A stretch of 16,934 nt of DNA from an uncultured Deinococcales bacterium (GTDB taxonomy: Bacteria; Deinococcota; Deinococci; Deinococcales; JAAFIG01): NCBI GenBank assembly GCA_964244895.1, contig CAXTKV010000111.1:1-16934 (forward strand). The letters are read 5' to 3'. Position numbers and translations under genes: made by a program. Positions 10,411 to 16,934 of this stretch are shown piece after piece (positions within the stretch are counted from its first letter, which is position 1; each line of letters opens with the position of its first letter). The notes beneath the pieces were generated by a model. The model was not told the DNA's origin. It ran no database searches and saw only the letters and a list, made by a program, of their open reading frames with translations.

Positions 10411-10423
10411 CGTATGGTTCGGT

Positions 10424-10903
10424 GTGGAAACCATCGCTGACGTTCTGTTCGTGGTGCTGTGGGTCGCCGGATTGGGATTGACCTTCATCCCGCTCGTTCC
10501 GGCGACCTGGATCATCTGGGGAGCGGCCTTGTTGCACGCGCTCTTGACTGGATTCAAGCCGCTCGACTGGACGTTCCTGATCGTCCTCGCATTGATCGCG
10601 CTGGTGACGGTCTTCATCGATAATTTCGCCGCCGCCTGGGGTGCGCGCAAGTTCGGCGGCTCGAGCGCGGCGGGTTGGGGCGCGCTTTTTGGCGGAATTC
10701 TGGGCATTTTCCTGGGGCCGATCGGCTTTCTGATCGGGCCGTTCGCGGGCGCGGTCGGGGCTGAAATGCTCGTCTCACGTCGCAACCTCGAGGATGCCGT
10801 CAAGAGCGGTATCGGCACGTTGGCGGGCATGCTGGGCGGCATCGGTGCGAAGCTGGTGGTTCACGCCGCAATGGGTGTGCTGGTGCTGATCAAGATTTTT
10901 TGA
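10424..10903 (+). CDS. DUF456 (YqgC-like) membrane protein
   Basis: GLGLTFIPLVPAT...AWGARKFGGS..GWGALFGGILG..GPIGFLIGPFAGA pattern. In-frame GTG at 10424 gives 159 aa; TATGGT lies 5 nt upstream. Confidence 0.85.
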   Translation: METIADVLFVVLWVAGLGLTFIPLVPATWIIWGAALLHALLTGFKPLDWTFLIVLALIALVTVFIDNFAAAWGARKFGGSSAAGWGALFGGILGIFLGPIGFLIGPFAGAVGAEMLVSRRNLEDAVKSGIGTLAGMLGGIGAKLVVHAAMGVLVLIKIF

Positions 10904-10912
10904 ATTTCAGCG

Positions 10913-10958
10913 ACACCGTCTGGCACGCAAATTGATAACGTCGTGCTGGACGGTGTTC
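10913..10958. repeat. REP-like inverted pair
   Basis: ACACCGTCTGGCACG (10913-10927) and CGTGCTGGACGGTGT (10942-10956). Confidence 0.75.
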
Positions 10959-11130
10959 CTGAGAAAGCGCCTCGGGTCGTTCGCGCGATTCTGCTCGAGG
11001 AGATGGCCGAAGTCTGACGGAACGCGTCTGCGGGGACGTTGCTCGCATCCCATTCGACATCTCGAGCAGCGACCGGGACTCGAGATCGCACTCGTTCGAG
11101 CTTGAATCCCGCTTGCCGTAGACTTTATTC

Positions 11131-11367
11131 ATGCTGACGCTTTATTCCCGCCCCGGTTGCCACCTCTGCGAGATCGCCAAGGAACGCCTCGAGCGCGCCG
11201 GGATCGACTTTCGGGAGCGGAGCATCGCCGGGGATGCGAGCCTCGAGGATGCTTACGGCTGGGACATTCCCGTGCTGGTGGACGAGACTGGACGGACGCT
11301 GATGAAGGGCGTGTTCACCGATTCGCGCATCGCGTCGCTGAACGACGAACGAAAGCTCGGGATTTGA
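11131..11367 (+). CDS. Glutaredoxin-like protein (DUF836 type)
   Basis: LTLYSRPGCHLCE (CxxC) and YGWDIPVL. 78 aa. TAGACT lies 6 nt before the ATG. Confidence 0.9.
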   Translation: MLTLYSRPGCHLCEIAKERLERAGIDFRERSIAGDASLEDAYGWDIPVLVDETGRTLMKGVFTDSRIASLNDERKLGI

Positions 11368-11374
11368 AAACCTC

Positions 11375-11428
11375 GCGCCCTGGACGGCGTTCTCAAAATC
11401 ACGATATCCGCGTCTGGGACGGTCTTCT
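11375..11428. repeat. Two REP-like units in direct orientation
   Basis: GCGCCCTGGACGGCGTTCTC (11375-11394) and GCGTCTGGGACGGTCTTCT (11410-11428). Confidence 0.7.
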
Positions 11429-11500
11429 TGGAATCGTTCCGCCGTCCTCGAGAAACGCGCGGCGTTGTCTTCACAGAAACGCGGTTTAAGATAGCGTCGT

Positions 11501-12481
11501 ATGCATCCAGACCTGATTCGCATCGGTAACTTTCCCATCGCCTGGTACGGCGTCCTGATCACGCTCGGCGTGCTGATCGGCAGCGTCATCGGTACGCGAT
11601 TGGCGGAACGGCGCGGCCTGAACGTCAACCTTTTTTCCGACATGATCGTCTGGACGGTGCTGTGGGGCGTGGTCGGCGCGCGCGTGTTCTATATCCTGAC
11701 CTCGCTTGATCAGTTCCGTGGCGCGAGCCTGCTGCAACTGATCAACATTCGGCAGGGCGGCATCTCGATTCACGGCGGCGTGGTCTTCGGGATTTTCGTG
11801 ATCCTGTACTACCAGTGGCGCTACAAGATCAACTTTTACCGCTACGCCGACCTGATGGTTCCAGGATTGGCGTTGGGCGTGATCGGCGGGCGATTGGGCA
11901 ATTTCTTCAACGGTGCGGACACGATGGGTCGTTTGACCAACTGGCCGATTTCTTTCACCTGGCCGAATCCCGGCACGCCGATCCTGGGCATTTTCAAATC
12001 GGACGCGAACTGGACTGGAATGCCGGGTTTGTGCGTGACCGCCGTGGAAACGAAGGTCATCCCAGCGGTTTTCTGCCAGGGGCAAGCCCTGCGCGGCCCC
12101 GTTCACCACACGCAAATCTACGGCGTGATCATCGGCATGGTGCTGGTCGTGGCGGCCTTCTACTGGCTGCGCTCCAAGCGCCCCGGCTGGGTGATGTGGC
12201 AGTTCGTACTGTGGTACAGCCTGCTGCGCGCGGGCATCGAGGAGACGTTCCGGTTGAACCCGTTGTGGTGGAAGGTCTACCTGAACGAGGGCGTCAACGC
12301 GCCCGGCATCGGCTTGTTCACGGCCACGCAGCTGTTCTCGATCCCGATCGTGCTGCTGGCGATCTTCATGCTGATGCGGCTTGCCCGATCCCCGATTCCG
12401 CCCGCCGAACCGGTTCCCGTGCCGGTCGGTATTCCGTCCAGCCCGAGTCCAGCCCAGACCAAAGGTCGAGCCAAACGGTGA
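11501..12481 (+). CDS. lgt: Prolipoprotein diacylglyceryl transferase
   Basis: IAWYGVLI, GARVFY, GGISIHGG, GRLGNFFNG (Lgt signature), HHTQIY, YSLLRAGIEETFR. Confidence 0.95.
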   Translation: MHPDLIRIGNFPIAWYGVLITLGVLIGSVIGTRLAERRGLNVNLFSDMIVWTVLWGVVGARVFYILTSLDQFRGASLLQLINIRQGGISIHGGVVFGIFVILYYQWRYKINFYRYADLMVPGLALGVIGGRLGNFFNGADTMGRLTNWPISFTWPNPGTPILGIFKSDANWTGMPGLCVTAVETKVIPAVFCQGQALRGPVHHTQIYGVIIGMVLVVAAFYWLRSKRPGWVMWQFVLWYSLLRAGIEETFRLNPLWWKVYLNEGVNAPGIGLFTATQLFSIPIVLLAIFMLMRLARSPIPPAEPVPVPVGIPSSPSPAQTKGRAKR

Positions 12482-12485
12482 AGCC

Positions 12486-13925
12486 GTGACGCTGGCCGTC
12501 GTGATTCTGGCCGCAGGGCAGGGCACGCGCATGAAGAGCGCGCTGCCGAAGGTGCTGCACAGGGCCGCCGGGCGCGAGATGCTCGATCACGTGATCCGCG
12601 CGGCGCGCTCGCTCGAGCCTGAAAAGGTGGTCGTCGTGACCGGTCACGGTGCGGATCGGGTCGAGGCTCGGTTTGCCGAAGAGGGCGCAATTTTCGTGCG
12701 GCAACTCGAGCAACTGGGAACGGCTCACGCGTTCTTGCAGGCGAAAGCCGCGCTGGAAGGTTTCTCGGGCGAGATCCTGGTGTTGTACGGCGACACGCCG
12801 ATGCTGCGCCCGGAAACACTGAAGGCCGTCCTGGACGCGCATCGCGTTTCTGGCGCGGGCATGACGGCCATCACCTCGGTGCTCGAGAACCCGAGCGGGT
12901 ACGGGCGGATCATCAGGGGCTCGAGCGGTGACGTGCTGAAAATCGTCGAGGAGAAAGCCGCCAGCCTGGCGGAAAAAGCCGTCAAGGAAACGAATTCGGG
13001 CGTGTACGTCTTTTCCAACCGCGCGATGGAACTCGCGGCCAGCATCACCAACGACAACCCGGCGAACGAGTTCTACCTGACGGACATCCTCGAGCGCTAC
13101 CGCGCGGTCGGGGATCGGGTGATCGCCTTCCCGGTCGACGACTCCACCGAGTTGCTGGGCGTCAACGACCGCGTGCAGCTCGCGTTTGCAGAAAAAGTGC
13201 TGCGCGACCGGGTGCGAAACCGCTGGTTGCGCGCGGGCGTGACGATGCTCGACCCGGCCAACACCTACATCGACGATACCGTTCACCTGGAACCGGACGT
13301 GATCCTCTACCCCGGCGTGTTTCTCGAGGGGCAGACCCGGATCGCGCGCGATTGCGTGATCGGCCCGCAGTCCAGATTGACGAACGCGAGCCTGGAAGCG
13401 GGTGTGACGGTTCACGGCTGGACGGTGATTCAGGATTCCAGTCTGGGGGCGGGATCGGATGTCGGGCCGTTCGCGCGCTTCCGTCCGGGCGTGCGCCTGG
13501 ACGAGGGCGTTCACGTCGGCAATTTCGTCGAGGTCAAGAACTCGAGGCTGGGGGCGGGTTCCAAGGCGGGTCACCTGGCGTACCTGGGCGATGCCGACAT
13601 CGGCGATGAAGTCAACATCGGCGCGGGCACGATCACCGCGAATTACGACGGGCTGGGCAAGTACCGTTCCAGCATCGGTTCGGGCAGCTTCATCGGCTCC
13701 AACACCACCATCATCGCGCCGCGCAGCATCGGCCAGGGCGCATACATCGCGGCGGGCAGCGCCGTCCACGACGATGTTCCCGATGGAGCCCTGGCGGTCG
13801 CTCGAGGCAAGCAGCGCAACCTCGAAGGCTGGTCGGAACGCTTCTGGCGCAAGGGGCTCGAGAAAATCGCGGTGGGCAAATTCTCGTTCTTGCGCAACTG
13901 GTTGTCTTCACGCCCGCGTCATTAA
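12486..13925 (+). CDS. glmU: Bifunctional UDP-GlcNAc pyrophosphorylase / glucosamine-1-phosphate N-acetyltransferase
   Basis: ILAAGQGTRMKSALPKVLH, QLGTAHA, GYGRIIR, EFYLTD, GVNDR, GNFVEVKNS, HLAYLGDA, GAGTITANYDG. In-frame GTG start 4 nt after the lgt stop. Confidence 0.97.
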   Translation: MTLAVVILAAGQGTRMKSALPKVLHRAAGREMLDHVIRAARSLEPEKVVVVTGHGADRVEARFAEEGAIFVRQLEQLGTAHAFLQAKAALEGFSGEILVLYGDTPMLRPETLKAVLDAHRVSGAGMTAITSVLENPSGYGRIIRGSSGDVLKIVEEKAASLAEKAVKETNSGVYVFSNRAMELAASITNDNPANEFYLTDILERYRAVGDRVIAFPVDDSTELLGVNDRVQLAFAEKVLRDRVRNRWLRAGVTMLDPANTYIDDTVHLEPDVILYPGVFLEGQTRIARDCVIGPQSRLTNASLEAGVTVHGWTVIQDSSLGAGSDVGPFARFRPGVRLDEGVHVGNFVEVKNSRLGAGSKAGHLAYLGDADIGDEVNIGAGTITANYDGLGKYRSSIGSGSFIGSNTTIIAPRSIGQGAYIAAGSAVHDDVPDGALAVARGKQRNLEGWSERFWRKGLEKIAVGKFSFLRNWLSSRPRH

Positions 13926-14129
13926 ACTGTGGGAACCTCGGGCTGGGCTTCATCATCGGAAGACCAAGTCCGCTCGCGCAATCGATCCAAATTGCTCTAC
14001 TGTGCGTATACCAAGATAGTGGGCTCGGTGCTTGATCCCCAAGGTTGGCCCCAATGATCGGGAACGTGACAAACGCAACTGGCGTTGGGCACTAGAATCG
14101 ACTCAGATAAAGCGTTCAAGGAGGCACTT

Positions 14130-14327
14130 ATGTTCGGACTCGGTGGACCAGAAATCATGATCATCCTCGTGCTCGCCCTCGTGCTGTTCGGAGCCAAGAA
14201 CCTGCCGCAGCTCGGCAAGAGCCTCGGCCAGGGCATCCGCGAATTCAAGGGTGGGCTGAACGAAGTCCGCAGCGACATCGAAAAGTCGCTCGAGGATGAA
14301 CCCAAGAAGCCCGAGACCAAGGCCTGA
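14130..14327 (+). CDS. tatA: Twin-arginine translocase TatA/E subunit
   Basis: MFGLGGPEIMIILVLALVLFGAKNLPQLGKSLGQGIREFK. AAGGAGG SD at 14118-14124. Confidence 0.95.
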   Translation: MFGLGGPEIMIILVLALVLFGAKNLPQLGKSLGQGIREFKGGLNEVRSDIEKSLEDEPKKPETKA

Positions 14328-14335
14328 ACCCGACC

Positions 14336-14376
14336 TCGAGTACGGGTTTCTGTTGCTTTGAGAAACCCGTACTCGA
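14336..14376. other. Perfect 16-bp intercistronic hairpin between tatA and tatC
   Basis: TCGAGTACGGGTTTCT (14336-14351), 9-nt loop, AGAAACCCGTACTCGA (14361-14376). No U-tract. Confidence 0.8.
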
Positions 14377-14393
14377 CGGTACGAGACCCAATC

Positions 14394-15179
14394 ATGGCGA
14401 CCCGCGTTCAGACCAATGAGGCTTACAAGGAAGCGCCGCTGCTCGATCACCTCGAGGAGTTGCGCTCCAGGATCATCTACGCCGTGCTGGCCTGGGCGGT
14501 CGCCTCGGTCGGCGGCTGGTTCCTGGTCGAACGGATTTACGCGGCCCTCAAGCGTCCCGTCGAGGCGTACCAGAAAACGGGCGGCAACGTCCAGATCGTC
14601 GCCAGTGGCGTGACGGACAAGCTTTTGATCTCGTTTCAGATCGCAGCTTTCGCCGGTTTGGTGATCGCCATGCCGATTGTGGTGTATCAGCTCTGGGCGT
14701 TCGTCGCTCCCGGATTGACGCGCCAGGAACGGCGCTGGGGCGGGCCGTTCGTGCTGGGCTTGGGTATTTCGTTCGGCCTGGGCGTGCTGTTCGGGTATTA
14801 CGTGATTATCCCGAGCGCAATTCCGTTCCTGCTGGGGTTCGGTCCGCTGGCGGACGTGCCGAACATCCTGATGATCGGCCAGTACATCTCGACGGTCACG
14901 CTGTACCTGGCGGTCTTCGGGCTGGTGTTCCTGCTGCCGCTGTTCATGTTCTTGCTCGGCAAGATCGGGCTGGTCAACGCGCGCTTCCTGTCCACTTACC
15001 GCCGCCACGCGATTCTGCTGATCACGATTCTGAGCGCGGTCATCACGCCGACGCCCGATCCCTTCAACCTGGCCTTGATGGCCGTTCCGATGTACTTGCT
15101 CTTCGAGTTGGGCATTTTGATGGTTCGTTTCGCGCAGCGTCCCGGACGCGCGGTCGAGGCAACCCCGAGCGACGACTGA
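14394..15179 (+). CDS. tatC: Twin-arginine translocase TatC
   Basis: PLLDHLEELRSRI, YQLWAFVAPGLTRQERR, RRHAI...AVITPTPDP, LFELGI. Confidence 0.96.
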   Translation: MATRVQTNEAYKEAPLLDHLEELRSRIIYAVLAWAVASVGGWFLVERIYAALKRPVEAYQKTGGNVQIVASGVTDKLLISFQIAAFAGLVIAMPIVVYQLWAFVAPGLTRQERRWGGPFVLGLGISFGLGVLFGYYVIIPSAIPFLLGFGPLADVPNILMIGQYISTVTLYLAVFGLVFLLPLFMFLLGKIGLVNARFLSTYRRHAILLITILSAVITPTPDPFNLALMAVPMYLLFELGILMVRFAQRPGRAVEATPSDD

Positions 15180-15199
15180 ACACGCTTCCTGAGATTCAA

Positions 15200-15250
15200 A
15201 GAACACCGTCCTGCGCGCGTTTTCCGATCTGCGTGCGGGACGGTGTTCTC
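15200..15250. repeat. REP-like inverted pair after tatC
   Basis: AGAACACCGTCCTGCGCGC (15200-15218) and GCGTGCGGGACGGTGTTCT (15231-15249) form a stem with G-U pairs. Confidence 0.8.
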
Positions 15251-15353
15251 GTCAACCACAGCATTCTCGAACCCTGAATATAGAGTCTCGAGAAGCCGCC
15301 AGGATTGAGGCTCGAGTCCTCGCGCTGAAGGATTGAAACGGTAGACTTCCGGC

Positions 15354-16448
<1,095 letters not shown>

Positions 16449-16455
16449 TCCAGAA

Positions 16456-16483
16456 TCAGCTCGAGGTTTGTGTCTCGAGCTGA
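16456..16483. terminator. Hairpin after DAHP synthase gene
   Basis: TCAGCTCGAG (16456-16465) / CTCGAGCTGA (16474-16483), 8-nt loop, no clear U-tract. Confidence 0.45.
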
Positions 16484-16492
16484 AGAGATTTC

Positions 16493-16535
16493 TCGTGCTG
16501 GACGCACAGCCATTCGAGAACACCGTCTAGGACAC
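16493..16535. repeat. REP-like pair (one partial unit)
   Basis: TCGTGCTGGACGC (16493-16505) and GAGAACACCGTCTAGGACAC (16516-16535). Confidence 0.65.
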
Positions 16536-16540
16536 GAATT

Positions 16541-16934
16541 ATGCTGAAAAACCTGTTCGATATCTTCCTGAAAGCCACCGATCCGCGCCCAAATTACACG
16601 GGTTCGCGGTGCTTGGTCGAAAAAAACGTGGTCGGCGGCTGCGATCTGTGCATGCAAGCCTGCCCGCACGACGCGGTGCGGATCTCGGATCGGGTCGAGA
16701 TCACGGAGTCCTGCACGGGCTGCGGGTTGTGCGTGCAAGCCTGCCCATCTGGTGCGCTCGAGTACGACGTGGTGGGCGTGCTGGGCGTGCTGAAGGATCA
16801 GGGCGTGCGTGTGGAGCCTCAGGAGCCGCCAGCGTCCAGGATCGCGTGCTCGAAAGTGCCGGGGGACGGCTTCAAGCTCGAGTGTCTGGCTCGGGTCAGC
16901 CCCGCGATGGTCATGGCATCTCAGGCCTGGGGTC
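16541..16934 (+). CDS. 4Fe-4S dicluster (poly)ferredoxin-type protein; truncated by right window edge
   Basis: Manual translation: MLKNLFDIFLKATDPRPNYTGSRCLVEKNVVGGCDLCMQACPHDA...ESCTGCGLCVQACPSGAL, with one C-x9-CxxCxxxCP and one CxxCxxCxxxCP motif. Confidence 0.9.
   Translation, partial: MLKNLFDIFLKATDPRPNYTGSRCLVEKNVVGGCDLCMQACPHDAVRISDRVEITESCTGCGLCVQACPSGALEYDVVGVLGVLKDQGVRVEPQEPPASRIACSKVPGDGFKLECLARVSPAMVMASQAWG

Noticed and set aside
9977..10423. N-terminal extension of the 308-aa ORF
   Set aside because: Overlaps the lipoprotein gene and a strong hairpin. DUF456 similarity starts only at GTG 10424.
6884..12838. GCCGTCCTGGACGC inside coding regions (6884-6897, 12825-12838) as REP copies
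   Set aside because: Both encode AVLDA in frame and lack the GTGTT tail. They are explainable by codon usage, so they were not counted.
12366..13769. 467-aa antisense ORF over glmU (likewise 11486-12532 and 14103-15206)
   Set aside because: Opposite well-supported housekeeping genes, with no independent coding evidence.

Overview
GC-rich bacterial chromosomal segment. Gene styles and leaderless TANNNT starts suggest Deinococcota (inference). Left to right: (1) a minus-strand efflux operon with two tandem TolC-family genes and a lipoprotein periplasmic adaptor running off the left edge, under a sigma70-type promoter flanked by two palindromic operators; (2) an unexplained intergenic stretch of about 530 bp; (3) a thiolase divergent from a ~1273-aa SARP/BTAD-STAND ATPase-TPR regulator with an extra C-terminal DUF1670-like HTH; (4) a small outer-membrane beta-barrel and a lipoprotein; (5) housekeeping genes: DUF456 protein, glutaredoxin-like protein, lgt-glmU, tatA-tatC, chorismate mutase-DAHP synthase and a 4Fe-4S protein. 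Three signals stand out. The TolC pair looks complementary: one lacks both beta-hairpins and the other appears to have extra strands. A degenerate ~20-bp REP-like family (GCGTSCWGGACGGTGTTCTC) occupies most intergenic spaces. The hexamer CTCGAG is strongly over-represented, about 70 copies by manual count. All protein family calls come from motif recognition by eye; no database search was run.
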